In this document: in pieces, positions 13,556 through 27,722 of the stretch
Numbering within the stretch: the stretch's first letter is position 1
How the letters are laid out: each line of letters starts with the position of its first letter
DNA from: Chrysomallon squamiferum
Lineage: Eukaryota > Animalia > Mollusca
Assembly (NCBI GenBank): GCA_012295275.1
Contig: CM022667.1
Coordinates: forward strand, 4,526,001 to 4,590,000
Direction of reading: 5' to 3'
DNA: 64,000 bases
Made by a program: the position numbers and the translations under genes
Notes under the pieces: generated by a model
Database searches by the model: none
Told to the model about the DNA's origin: nothing
Seen by the model: the letters and a program-made list of their open reading frames with translations, nothing else

Positions 13556-14953
13556 CAGATACAATTCAAAAATAAACTTAAAACAATTGTTCAAATATAA
13601 GATATTCTACAGACTTGTTTTCAATATAAATTTATCAAGGAAGGGACGTTATTTAAATTCTGTATTCAACATGGCAGATAATATTCTGCATTTAAGAGCA
13701 TAAATACAGTTCTTAACACTACAGATAACAGGAGACATAACATAAGGGGAGATAAATCCAGCAATACCTATTTCGTGTCTTAGGAGACCTTCTGCCCATT
13801 GTTCTCTTAAGTTGACCACTCTAACGTTCAACATTGCCCGACCTTTGTTTCTGGTCATTGACCCGCGTGAGATCAGAGTGTCAGTGTAAGGTTGAGACAC
13901 ACCTCATCCTCCATTCCCTCCATCTTCAAGTACCGGTGAACCAGATTAAATATCTGTGATCTAGACAGAATCTTCCCTCCAGATTTCTCTTCAAACTCTT
14001 CATAGCAGCCATATCGATCAATAGCTTTTTCCATTATCAACATTGCCTGCAGAACAATTATTCATTTATTTTCAAGTGATTTTATTACACTGGGCAAGCA
14101 AAAAGAACCCAAAAGAAACAAAGAGAAATAATATCTAGTGACCAAATGAATAAATAATGAGTAAGATATCAAGATATCATCAAACTACAACCGACATCAG
14201 CATTTAGATTGAAATAAAGACTTTGTACATGTATACATTTTACTTCAGTTGTGCAAATAACATTTTATCTTCACATTTAATACTTTACTGAATTTATGCA
14301 AATACATTTAAAAAAAAAACAATATATAAAAATATTCTCACCTGATCAAGGTATCTGTCTGATGGTTTTGAGAAGCACTCCAAGACTTCATTGTCTGCAG
14401 GACATCGGTACAGAAAGTATGGGTTGTAGTTAAAATTGGCTCTCATAAATCTCTCCTTTTCTCCTTTGTCGTTGTCAGGTTTTATTGCAGCGAGTAAAGG
14501 AATCTTTTTTCTCCTTTCATTTATTGGAATCACTGTAGGTATATAACTTGACCTTGGAGACGGAGTGGTTACCATTCTCTGCCTGTAACTCAGCTCCTTG
14601 TCTTTGTCTGCCATGATTCCTGGCAATTTAGTTCCTGAGGAGGTCTCTGAAAATCTTTCTGGTTTTTTCGACTTGTCACGAGCTGGTGCCGCGGATGAGT
14701 GTCGAACAAAGTTTTTATTTGACTGAGAAATGATGGAATTCTTTTTCTTCACAAGCTTTTTCTTTCTTCTTTTCTGGCCCATTTCCTTCACTGGCTTCTT
14801 GCGGATAAAAGAAACAGATAAAAGGGAAATATCAGGGTTTTCTTGAATTTTGAGTGACTCCAATCGCATAAAAATGCCCCTAAAATTTCCCTGACATGGC
14901 ATGGGAATGGCAGAAGATTTTAAATTTATTGTGACAGCAGCGTCGCTGGACAT
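12496..14953 (-). CDS. MATCAP: MATCAP / KIAA0895-family microtubule-associated tyrosine carboxypeptidase (about 483 aa if the frameshift is corrected)
   Basis: Exons 14953-14342, 14046-13768, 13464-13159 and 12752-12496 (TAA). Family motifs include ERFMRANFNYNPYF, EGLLRHEIG|THY (HExxxH split by an intron), NPTEEGLATLHSV, LWRAALLYYT, RWDYCLRAKRGQSDTS and KDQVYLDG. Exon lengths sum to 1454 nt (3n+2), with a frameshift near 13887. Confidence 0.93.
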
Positions 14954-15555
14954 CACACTAAACTTATGGCTTGTTGTGTATACAAGGTAACATGGTATTA
15001 ATTATAGAGATAAATTTCAATTATTTAAACATGTTCGAGATGTCCAGTATGGAACTGCAGTAAAGATGAGAACTGCAAAACTGCAAAATAAATAAATTAA
15101 AAAATAATAACAAATAAATAAATTTGAAAAAAAATAATTTCAAATTATTTTAGAATAAATTTTATTAAAAATTTGTTTGGTACTTGATAATTTCCAATTG
15201 TTTTCTTTACTTCTATGTCAAACGTTGTGGTGAAAACGTGTATATTAAAAGATTCTTTCAGAAATGTGACACTACTCTTTCAAATAACTCTGACTAAAAT
15301 TAATAATGAATTATAATAATATATATCTTGTGATTATTCATTTTTATATAATGACTGAAGTATAGATTGATAAATATCTTGAACACAAGCGCCATATAAA
15401 ATTAAATGAATAGTTACTTTATTAATTATCAGCCTTCAGAAATCAAGTTAAAGTTGAGAAAAGGTGGACAAAGACAAAATTGCACTGAATGACGCAAAAA
15501 AAAAAAAAAAGTATTTTATTATCATTTTTTATTTTGATAAATCATTGCTGAATAC

Positions 15556-15823
15556 CTTGCATTGGTTTTGACATTATTTATACTGTACCATTTTCAGCAA
15601 ACGCATTATGATATATTAAGCACATTCAACATTTGCATAGCAACAGTAATAACAAGGTAATCCGTTAACATTAGACTGTTCCTTAGTTTTAATTATTAAC
15701 AGTGTTACACTCTTCAAAGCGAATTATAATAGATGTTTAGTCTATGATGTAAGTTTCGATCAACAACAACGAATTGTATTACATAAATAAACAAACCGGA
15801 AGTTAAGATAATCGATAAGAAAA
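15556..15823. promoter_or_regulatory. Putative bidirectional promoter between MATCAP (-) and GTF3C6 (+)
   Basis: The start codons are about 870 nt apart, head-to-head. X-box-like atttgcatagcaac at 15631-15644, ETS/GABP accggaagt at 15795-15803, and a candidate minus-strand 5'UTR donor (caag|gtatt) near 15555. Confidence 0.55.
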
Positions 15824-18463
15824 ATGGAAGACGAATGGGAAGAAGTTAGTATTAATTTGAAATTAATCAAATCAGTTAACCATGAAGTAATATTCATTTC
15901 ATATTTGTATGTATTACGAATACAGCATAAAAAAAATACAGTGTATGAATATAATTATATTTGTTTACGTCGCAGAGAACAGATATTATTATTTTTCATA
16001 TTATTATGATTTAATTAATGTAATTTCAATTTGTGTATATGATGACTATTGACTATTTGATATATCATTAAGTATATCATGTTTTAATTAAACTTTTAAA
16101 GATATACTCATAATACTGTCATATAGCTATGTAACGCTGACAGTATACATACTGTAATAAGAACATGCTGAGAAAGGCTTAAATCTAAATTACAAGTTTA
16201 TCAAATTAATATATAAATATGATATACTCATATAGATATACTGATAGTGATGATATTGATACAGTTCAGTTAAGGCAATGATGTATAGATATTATTATAC
16301 TATAAAATTATATATCACCAGAGACAGTATTTGAATAAAATTTGTTGATATCTTTTTTTCTTAATAATTTGTGTAGAAACCATGATTCGTTTGAATCATT
16401 TAGACACACAAACACTGAATATATTGCTGAGAACAGCACACATCATGGTACTAAAAATTAAGAAACTTGCTGCCACATATATTATCAATAATTGTATAAA
16501 ATATGGCAGACTATGAGAGAAATGCATAATCTGTAACTTGTATATAATATCAAGTCCCAAATAAACTTATCTTAGTCATATGACAGTCATTTTGAAATGG
16601 TAAACTTACTTGTTGATTCTTCTTTGTGTATCTAAGATAACATGACAGAAACAGTGAATATGAAGATGGAGCTGAGTATGTATACTATACAATGATATTT
16701 GTTGTTTTGGAAAACATAATAATAATAATAATGACAAAACAGAAATGCAAAAGACAAAAATTGGGAGATGTTTTGCTGTGGCCCAGAGATAGGTTTTGTC
16801 GCGTACTTCCTTTATGGCTTTAAATGTAATCAAATGGATTATTTATGAACATGGATTATTCTCTTTTTTTCTCTCTTCCAGGAATCCACTTTGGTTGTGG
16901 AATTATCTGGTGTTATTGACAAAGATTTTTTGAAACATGAACAGAAAGAATGCCATGTTCTGGTTAGTATTTACAAACATGAAACTGCTTATAAGTAAAA
17001 ATACCAGTAAGTTGTGTAATAATTTCACTTACACTTACAGTAAAGGTATTTAAATATATTTTTATCATCACAAACTGGTAATTTTTAATGAATATTTGAA
17101 GTTTTTTATTTGTTATTTCATAATATTATTGAAGAATAATTTTTAAAATAATTCTGTGAAATTACTAAAACACACGCAAACATATTTTAAAATGTTTTGG
17201 ATGTTTTGGCAGGGCATTGATACAGAAAGACCACTGCTACAGATAGGAAGTTATGTGTTCACTGGGGAGTTTGAAGACAGTTTAGGAACATGTATCCTGT
17301 TGGAAGAAAAAGCTGGTAAATTCTTTTACAGAATTTAGTAATTCACTAACTGTATACAAAAAATATCAAATGGAGAAAAAGCTGGTAAAAAAAAAATAAT
17401 TCTCTTAAATTTTAACATGGATGATATTTAGAGTTATGATTAGAAATAATTTATTAAATTTCATAAATTGAATAATTTATATAATAATAGTAACTATTTA
17501 AAATATACAGTTAGAAACATTTTTGTATTTTAAATTACAAAACTCAAAATCAGATTATCAATCTAATTTACTTTTCAAATGGTCTAATTTACTTTTTGGA
17601 TATGTTTCTGACAGAAGACAAAGACTGAGCAAATTAAAAACGTTCTCAAAAATTACTTATTTTTTGTGATGTGGAAAATGGACAATACTGTGACTTAATC
17701 ATTACATTAAAATTATCAAAATGGTTTATTCATAAATAATAAAACAAATATTTATTGTAAAATGACAGATACATTAAATATCTTGGAGATTATATTTAAT
17801 ATATCCTTTGCTGTTTTAAATGAAGTAATTAGATGGAATCTTTTTTTCTCAGATCCCAAGAAGAAGAGTCATGTGACCTCAACATCAGATTCTGTAAAAC
17901 TGGACTATCTTGCCCACACTCGTAAAAAACTGATAATGCAAAGAGCATTTTTGAATGAGAAGAAGCCACAGCATTCAGACACAGTTGGCAGTAGTGGTGA
18001 GTTCTCTCTTTACATTACTTTAAATTTGTGATATATTTTTACATGTAGATATCTCATCATCTCTGTTTGTTTTGGGGGGTTTTAAATGTGAAAAAATCCA
18101 AAGATGTAATTTTATACACATTATATTATTCTGCCTTGTAGAAGCCAATGTTTTTAACATTTATTTAATAAAAAAATAAAAAAAAATGTTTATGTCGTTA
18201 GGTTTTGGTAATTTAAGGTTAAGTCAGACAGTTGTAAATACTTGTTTCCCATTAGTTAAAGCTGTCAGTTTTGATCAGGCTAAAATACTTCATCTGTCAT
18301 TTTAGAATCAAAAGCTGAAGAAGCCGAGGACTGTGATGAATCTCCGTTCTCTCTGGAAAGTTCGTGGCCTCTTGGATTTGACTCGAACATCGACGTGTCT
18401 GGAGCGCCCGATCCTTTGGGTAGTGCACAGCAGAAAAAACCTAGACTGACTGAGCATACTTGA
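15824..18463 (+). CDS. GTF3C6: General transcription factor 3C polypeptide 6 (TFIIIC subunit 6), about 168 aa, 5 exons
   Basis: Exons 15824-15844, 16882-16962, 17213-17315, 17853-17996 and 18306-18463 (TGA), phases consistent. MEDEWEEESTLVVELSGVID...VLGIDTERPLLQIGSYVFTGEFEDSLGTCILLEE...LDYLAHTRKKLIMQRAFLNEK matches the TFIIIC subunit 6 domain. Confidence 0.93.
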
Positions 18464-19241
18464 TTAATTCAATTAATTAAAAAAGATGGCATTAAAAAGA
18501 GAAATCTCAGAAAGACAAGATAGTGCTGAGGTTTGAAAAGAAGCAGAAAGTGCTACTGATTGATCGCACTTGATCGACTGTAGTTTGTGTTTTGAAAAAG
18601 ACTGATAAGAAAAATGCCATAAATATGGTATTTTAGCGAAGATTGATTCCGAGTATAAAGAAGAAAAAATAAAAACTCTACAGAGACTGAGCTGTAAAAA
18701 AAAAAAAAAAAATAAAAAAAATATCGTTACGGATCAGTAAGCAGTGAAGTTGTTTATCAGCAGAAAAACACCAAACTCACATGAATTAAACATTGAAATT
18801 TGTTGTATTATCAGACTGTAAATAATGTCTTTGAAAGAAAAGATATTGATAAACTTACTTTTAAAAAAAATATGTGTCATAGAAAAAACAGTAAATATGC
18901 AAATATTGAGGAAATATATAAAGAGAAAATAAAATATGATGTACAAATAAAAGGAGCTACATTAAAAAAAATAATAATAATATTAACACTTATTTTCAAA
19001 ATTGTGAAAGAGATTATACAAAAAAAAAAAAAAAAACATGGTAATTTTACCATTGAAAAGAAATCCAAACTGAATTTTCTGTCTTGAAAATTGTCCTAAT
19101 AAAGAGGAAAATATCACTTTCCAAATATGTTATTATGAAAATACTGTCGGAAAGAAAATAAATAATAATTATGGAGAATGGACAAACATGGGGAATTTGT
19201 TGAAGATGTTTTTTTTTTTTTTTTTTTTCCAGTTTTTATAT

Positions 19242-19282
<41 letters not shown>

Positions 19283-21575
19283 GTGTTGTGGATTTTATTT
19301 ATTATTAAGTAGTATATTTCAGTAGTGCTGTGCCTTGGCAACAACCAATTTTTTTTTAATTTTTTTCCTCATTGTTTTCATTTAGCTGCTGCTGTTTGTT
19401 AGTTAAGTCAGTGATGGGGAAATGTCTAGTAAAGCTGCTGATTTTTTGCTTGTCATCACACCTTGTCACCCAGGACGAGTGTTTTCAGGTTGTGGGGAAT
19501 AAGCTTTTAAAATACCACTTGTTTCTAATTTAAAAATACAGCTTCCTGTGCATGACAAAAACTAAATTCGCATGTCCTGTAAGATGAATAGAAAATCGTT
19601 AACGTACTCTTTCAGTGACGTCATCGCTTAATGTACAGTGCCATTAGTAAATAAAACCATTTCTATTTCGAGTATTTCTAGGTTATATAATATTCAGTAG
19701 TTATAATCAAACCTGTCCCACATTTACTTCAACAACATGTGACAGATTTAATTTCCATCTATCTCCTGGCAACCATGCACGTTATCACTGCCATATTTCA
19801 TTTTACTGCTGAAATCGCTGAAGCGAGGAAACAGCAGGCGTGGTGCGTTTAATTATGTACGGTTTCATTAATGACGAAATTAACACAGAAACTACACTGT
19901 TTAATTAAATATTCCCGTGGGGTCAAATGCTAACGGCCTGACCTCTTTAATGCGAACCTCACAGATACGACTACCTGTTGGTTCAACACTTAACGAGCTA
20001 TAGGCTCTTATCTGTTATTTTTAGCACTGTCGGACGTATTTGAAATACTGTCGTAGCTTACTTGTTTATAGCACTGATCATAAAATGTCACAAACTAATA
20101 AAGGAAACGTGAAATGAAAAGTTTACTACTTAAGCATCAAATCAAATGTAAAAACAGTGACACTGGCTGTTTTTAATTGTTATCGCGGCTGAGTAATTAA
20201 CACACAAGGAGACATTTTAATCAAGCAGTTTCTAACCCGGAGTCATCTGTGTAATTGTGAACAGATTTTGCATCCGATGAGCTTTAATGAAATCGAGCAT
20301 AAATAGGCCACACAACCGAAATCACTTCGGACTCATCACTTGGGCTTTGATGAAACGCATTTCTACGAAACAAGTCAGCCAAACAGATAGACAGACAGTG
20401 TAACTTCTTCTTCTTTTTTTTTTTTTTTTTTTGTAAGTATAATAATTACTTATTTGTATTTTTATGTCCTTTTACAACATGGCAAAATAAAAATGTTATT
20501 TTAAAAAGTAAATTAAATTTTCTCGTCCCATCTTTTGTTAAATTGATGTACATCATTCTTGAAATAAATTAGCGGAAACGTATCTTTCGAACTGTACCTT
20601 TTATTGCCCTCAAAAGAATTCATAATGCCAACAAGTAAAATAACATCGATTTATTTCTTAATATCCGTAATTGAGCAAGACACACGTAATTAAACATTGA
20701 GTGAATTGAATACATTAAGTAACCCAAACAAATCACCTCTTTTACTTAAATAAATAAAACCAAAGCTAATTCAGATTTAGTCGACAAGGATCCAAATAAT
20801 ACGGTGAATAATTTCTGCATTAAAACTGATACTACCCAGTCAGTAAGCCAAAACAGCACCAATTGTCCTAAATAAAAGACAACCCGCCATTTTTAAATCA
20901 CCAGTTTTAATTATTATGTCCCGTTCACCAAAATCATTCGCCGAACGTTTTAAAATCTCTCACCTTAAGTCTTCTAAAATTCATAAATACAACAATGGCT
21001 GTTTCAGATCACTATGAAATTTTATTCCTTAAATCTCAAGGGATTATTTTAGCATCCTGCTAAAAAGAAGACAAAAAAAAAACAAAAACAAAAAAACCAC
21101 AAAACCCCCACAAAAATCCCGACATCATGTCTGATTTGGCTGCTACAATTTTTACCAGCATTCCGCATAATTACTTGGAAGTAATCCATTAGACCAGAGT
21201 ACAATTTACATTAGATTTATAAAATATTTTTCAAACCCACAGACATCCAGTTGCTGCATTATAAATCACATTATCTTTGAACTCATTATTAATAGACAAA
21301 TGCAATTTAATTTTCCAACTCCCTTGGGTATCGGACCTGCAGCTATAAAAAGACCTGACGGCATAACAAAATCGTAAGTCTACATTCAGCAGTCGCTGTC
21401 AACAAACCAAAACTGAATATCGTTTTCTGATTCAAAAAAAATAAAAATATAAGCACACACAGACACACAGTCACAGTCCGAGAGACAGAAAAACACACAG
21501 AGAGACAGTAATATACATATATAGAGATAGGACAGACATACACAGAGAGACAGAGACAGAGAGCGACAGAGAGAG

Positions 21576-21578
<3 letters not shown>

Positions 21579-21632
<54 letters not shown>
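21579..21632. repeat. (GA)n microsatellite
   Basis: Pure GA run, directly visible. Confidence 0.95.
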
Positions 21633-21635
<3 letters not shown>

Positions 21636-22512
21636 CTTCTAGTTGTGGCCGGACATAGACGTTGCCTCAACTAAAATAAAACAAAACAAAACAAAAAAAA
21701 AAAAAAAAAACAGAAATGAAAATTATATCTTTTAAATTTTAAGCCTACTTTAGTGATACGAAGAAACAGTCTAAATAGAGTGTATTTATTTATTTATATA
21801 TTTATTTATTTACTGACATTCTAAACGAGTTATAAACATCATGTATTAATATCTAGCACGTAATTATTGTTTAAAATATTTCTGTACTAAAACCTCAATA
21901 TAAGAAACCGTGGAGTTTCCGTCTTCAAGCCATACATGGGTACTATCTCTTAAAGTGCAATAATACTGTATCCAAGAGAGGCGTGTTTGTTTTGATGGAT
22001 CGCTAATTTATTAGGAAGAAATTAAAAGTAGAAAACACATCTTGTGTACCAGCCAATCACTGCTGCTACAGCATGTTATCTTTTTATCATGCTATTACTG
22101 GGGAAGCCCGGTTGCCGGGTTTAATGTTTATAATGTAATTATTGATCGTACGTGTCGCTTCACGAGACATTGACGCTTTCATTTCATTACCAGGTATTGT
22201 AATCTTTATTACTTATATCATTTTATGTCAGAAATGAATGTAATTATATATTTTAAATATCAAGAGAAAGGGAAAAAACCCTCGGATTTCATAACCTAAA
22301 AATTACTTCTGTTTTTGTTTTTTTATCGGTGACAGTTAACATTTAGTAATGCTTGCGGTAATTGTTTTTTTCTACTCCTACTCGTGAAAGCCAATACGCT
22401 CAGTCATTTATATCGTTCCGCGTGCATCGCAAATGTCCGTATCACGTATTTCCCAATGTGACCCTCTGCCGTCACCCATAAGTTAATTTATGCCGGCCAC
22501 GAATTGTTTAAA

Positions 22513-22563
<51 letters not shown>

Positions 22564-23544
22564 TTAAAGGCAATCAGTTTTTGTTACCTTCTATAATGTG
22601 TTTTATTTTAAATTGTTTTTGCATGAATTTTCTATTTGGAAATATATTAACAATTAGTTATAAATGTTTATCCATATCTGGTTTCATCCCCCCCTTCATC
22701 GTTATTTAATTCACTGGTAAATGCATGTCGTTTATTTATTTATTTATTTATTTGTTTGTTTATTTAATAATAGTAAAATGCCTATATTAAAAATACCTTC
22801 CTAAAACGTTTTGTGTTTATTGTTATTTTATGAAACCAAAGCTATGGTTTCTTTTCTTTCATTCATAGAGAGCAGCAATATAATTGTTGCTCAGTCTTTT
22901 TTTATCAGAAGTAAATACTGCAATCGAAACGTGATGTTAAATGAGTTGTAAGCTGATAAAAAATACAACCAAATGATTTTTTTTTTTTTTTACCCCATTT
23001 TAATTATTGTACTGTTTGTTTATTTTTTCTTACTACTTTGTTTTATTTATTTTATTTTATTTATTTTATGTTTTATTTTTTAAATTATTATTATTATTAT
23101 TATTATTATTTAGATGCTGTTTTTGTATTGGTTATCAGTTATAATCACAAATGATTTTAAATTTTGTCCTGACAAGATAATGAAGAAGTTTTGCTTCAGA
23201 ATTGTAGAGAATTCAGTTTGTATCTGAAGAAACAAATTTTGTATTTATTTTTGTCACCATATGAAAACATTTTTTAATTATTATTATTTTTTAAAATAAT
23301 TCTTATTATTAATAATAATTTTAAAAAGTTACTGCATAATTTCTCAGGTATCACAATTCTTTATTTACTGTGAAAAAGACCAATGTATTTTCTTAATGTT
23401 TATTTATAACTTTTCTTAAGTAATTAAAATTTTATCTGTATCAGTGGTGATAAAAAATATTTCTTAACTGTAACTGTTATTGAGATATTTTCATCTACAG
23501 CAGTAATAATCACACACATACACACACACGACCACATATTTAAT

Positions 23545-23790
23545 TTTTTATCTATAACACTGTTACTAATATATTTTTTATCTATAACAGTTTTAATGTG
23601 ATATATTTATCTATAACAGTGGTAATTTAAACTAATGTTTTATCTATAACATTGGTACTGATATATTTTTATCTATAACAGTTTTAATGTGATATATTTA
23701 TCTATAACAGTGGTAATTTAAACTAATGTTTTATCTATATTGGTACTGATATTTTTTTTATCTATTTGATATATTTATTTGTATCTGTAA
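23545..23790. repeat. ~30-bp minisatellite
   Basis: Repeated core tttatctataaca; a ~90-bp three-unit block is itself duplicated. Confidence 0.8.
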
Positions 23791-26700
23791 TGGTGTTAAT
23801 GAGATATATTTATCACATACTTAGATTCCTGGCAAGAATATCACAACTTATCTAACAGCCATTCAGTTTGTCTGACACAAAACTGATAAATTATTTCTTC
23901 AAGTTCACTTACTTTGTCTGTGAGTGTGACAACTGATTCTGAAGAAGTTTATTTGTCGTTTGTATTTCAGTTACAATTTTTTGTTCATTTGTTTCCTAGG
24001 TTGTCAGAGTTTTGAAATATTTATTTTTATGAGTACATTTTTTATTTACATTTTTTATTTTTTTGTATAAATATTATTTTTATTAGTGCTATCATAATAA
24101 TTATTATTTTATTTTATTTTAAAATTATCATTTTAAATTTAAAAAAATAATCTGTAAAACAATTTTTTATTGTTTATTTCATATTGGTGTTTTTGGTTAC
24201 TTTTTTAAATTGGTTTCATTTTAAAATTTTTTTTTTTTTAATACATTTTATTTCCTCTGCAGACTCATCTGTTAAAAAATTATATTGTTCATTTGTTTTA
24301 TTTTATTTTATTTTATTTTATTTTTTATTTAAATAAGTAAACAGCACTGAAACAAGTGTTACCCTGTTGTCTGTGCCTATTGTTATACAAGACTTATTAC
24401 TTTACAATGGATTATTATATTTCTAGTAACAGGTACAGATAATCAATAGAGCCACACACAAACATTTATGACAACAACTGTTAAACTTAATCGTGTTTGA
24501 ATAAACTCACGGTATACACGTTTAAAGTTACATCACGTTCTGTTGCACCAGCAAATTTTTTAATTATTTAGTACAAATTTTTCTGTTTGACATTTTTGTT
24601 AAATTTACAGATAATGTTACTTTGTGGATCAGTTAAGATTTTTGGTTGATTAAATTATAACATTTTTAAAAATTATTTTACAGATAAATAAGCCATTGGT
24701 GTTTATTTACATATAAGATGTATCTCAGATTGAAAATGTTACCTGTAATATCTTGGAGCACTAGCTAGATTAGGAAAAAAGATAATAGGAACTGTATAGA
24801 GAATTGCTTCTGTGTCTAGTCACGTCTCAGAAATCTGACATAGATTATGGACGAAATCATAGCTTTTCACCTTTTTTCTTATTTGTTACATTTTGGCAAT
24901 AATTTAAAAAAATAAAATTCTGCTTGTATGCTTTATGTTTTTTTCCAAGTGTTGTGCTGCTTTTAAATGAAGTAATATTTTGATTTAAAAAAAAATGACA
25001 ACAATGGGAGAGTGACATCTATTTATAATCAAAGGCGAAATGGGTGCCTGTCTGTTAAAAAAAAGAATAAAATTCATCACGTAGAAACATTTTTTAAATA
25101 TGTGAGGCTCATCCAACAGCCCAGGAGAAAGTAAAACATTCCACCTTTGTATAAAATGACGCTGAATTCAAGTTTCACAATTTGTTAACATCTGTCTAAC
25201 TCCTGTATTACTTAAAAAGCCCATTAGCACAATAAAAGCAGCACGCTGAAATTTAAATTGTCAGTTTCAACTAATAAAATTGTAAAGCATTCTCAGAAAA
25301 AGGATGTAAGTAATAGAATCTATTATTATCAGTGTAGAAACTATGCGAGAAAAAGATGAAAAAAATGAAAATACAATAAAACCCCATACATTATATGCAT
25401 TATTCATAACTTTCTATACATGTTTTTATTTATGTTTTGTTATTCATTGGTTCTATCAGCAATAACTGATGTGTACAAGTGATATAGCTTCATGCCTTAC
25501 GTGTATTGTGTTTTGTATTTTCTTTTAAGATTTATTTTACGTCTTTTTTTTTTCTTCTTTCGTTTTATTTCTCTCTTTATTTTTATTTTATTATCTATTT
25601 TCTTGATAAAAAAAAAAGAAAAAGAAGGTGTAGTGTATAATCAATTCCTGTAAAGCGATCTCATGATTTTAAATATGTTGCAAGTATTGTTAACATTGTT
25701 GATTTGTTAATGGCTTAAGTAAGTGTGAGTAAGTGAAAAAAAACACATAATAACATGCTAATCTCAACAAGCTGTTGTGAAGAACGTTTTCTGACAAATC
25801 CAGACAGTGTGTCTGTCACAGAGCCTGAGTAAGGAATAAACCTTCTGTTAAGTTGCTGTATCAGTAGAAAGATTAGAAACAGAACCATTTGTAGAAGTAA
25901 GTTATTATTTTTGTTGATAATACATGCTGTTGAGTAATTTGTTCAGAATGTAATTACCTTTTTTTTTCTTCCGTTAACAAGTATCGGTAATATTAGTAGG
26001 AATATTAGAAATAGTACAACCACTTGCAATACCTTGTAGGAGTAAGAATATTGCATTTGATCATTTAAACAGTTGATTAACTTGGTTTGAGTGTAATAAA
26101 GTTTGTTCGTGTGGTTGTAAACAGTGATTAAAAAAATCTTTGTTTCAATTGAAAGATGCTAATGAGATTAGCAGCAGCTGCTGTTGTCACTGATTAACTG
26201 AGAGGAGATTAGCAGTCTGGTGGATTAACACAACCAGACACTGTGAGGACAATGTTTTCAGAAAGAGGCTGATTGACAGACAGCTGGTCTACTTGTCCAG
26301 TCAAGGGTATTTTATTGACAGATGTACTTACTTACATACTGAGTTTTGTAACAGACATTAGAAAGGGTGTTAGTGGCATGTATTAAGGTTTGATATGTGT
26401 ATTTTGGTGGCTGATATTTATTTGCAAGTGCTTTTTAGTAGAATGAATGTGTTATGTGGCAGACGTATCTCGGATTATAAATGCATTTTAATCGCAAACT
26501 TATTTGAACTCGATAAAAGCGTATTAAGATATATTTAATGGTATAAATGAATTTTTGTAAGGATAAATTATTGAGTCTTTTTTTTTTTTCAGGGGCTGAA
26601 TTGAGATAAAAGTAGTATTTTTGTAAAAAACCAATGTCATTTATTTATTTAATTTTTTTTTTAAGAATGTTAAATGTTTTATTAGAAAAAGAATGATATT

Positions 26701-27464
26701 TTATGTTTATTTTTTATTTTTTGTTGTAGTAACTTTTTTTAATTTTAATTTTTTTTTATTATTATATTAAATGTTTCATTAAACATTGCCTAGAATTATG
26801 TTACCATCCTGTTTTTAATTTACACGATATTTTTGTGCTTAACTCTCGGATAAATAAGAAACAAAACAGTAATCTATTTTAATTAAATTTTAAACTCTTG
26901 GACATACAAATTTAAATTATTCTTTCTTTTTTTTCACAGCCCTTTCTACTATATAGGGTAAAAAATAGATTGAATTTGTCTAATGTTATCACTCCATACC
27001 TAGAAAAATATAAAACAGCTGCACCAGTTAATAATCCATATCCATCAGAACATGAAGCATAAATTACATTTTTATTTCCATTTATTAATACTTAATAAAA
27101 TCCTTCAGCATTAATAAAAATGAAATTTGTTTCAGATTATTATTCTTTATTCAAAACATGCGGAATCTGCACCTAATTCACTTAATAAATGAAATTAGTC
27201 ATCTGATAATATTAATAACTAAAACTTTATAAATGTTTAAAATATAATTAAAATTAAACTTTGAACTCAGGTTCAATGAAATATGTAAATTTATCATTTA
27301 TGATTAAATAAATACAATACCACAAATTAATTAATATTTCTTTATAAATATTTTTTCATATTTAAATGTCTTTTCCCCAATGCTCAAAAATCTCTTTGGT
27401 GTTTTTTTTTTCATTTGTTTTAATTTCATACCTTATTGAAAAAGTTTACTGTTAAAAGTTCTTT

Positions 27465-27722
27465 TGTTTGATAGTTTATTCAGACAAAGTGAATATTTAA
27501 GACTAAACTGTTTATTTGATAGTTTATTTAGATAGTTTGAGTTGAATATTTAAGACTAAACTTTATTTGATAGTTTATTCAGACAGTTTGAAGTGAATAT
27601 TTAAGACTAAACTTTATTTGATAGTTTATTTAGAAAGTTTGAGTTGAATATTTAAGACTAAACTTTATTTGATAATTTATTTAGACAGGTTGAAGTGAAT
27701 ATTAAATAACTGTTTATTTGAG
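27465..27722. repeat. ~50-bp minisatellite
   Basis: Unit tttatttgatagtttatt(c/t)agacagtttgaagtgaatatttaagactaaac, about 5 copies. Confidence 0.88.

Noticed and set aside
13850-13905. Micro-intron (GAG|gtgtgt...accag) or programmed frameshift rescuing MATCAP
   Set aside because: That intron would leave the frame wrong and delete conserved residues, and there is no slippery sequence at the site.
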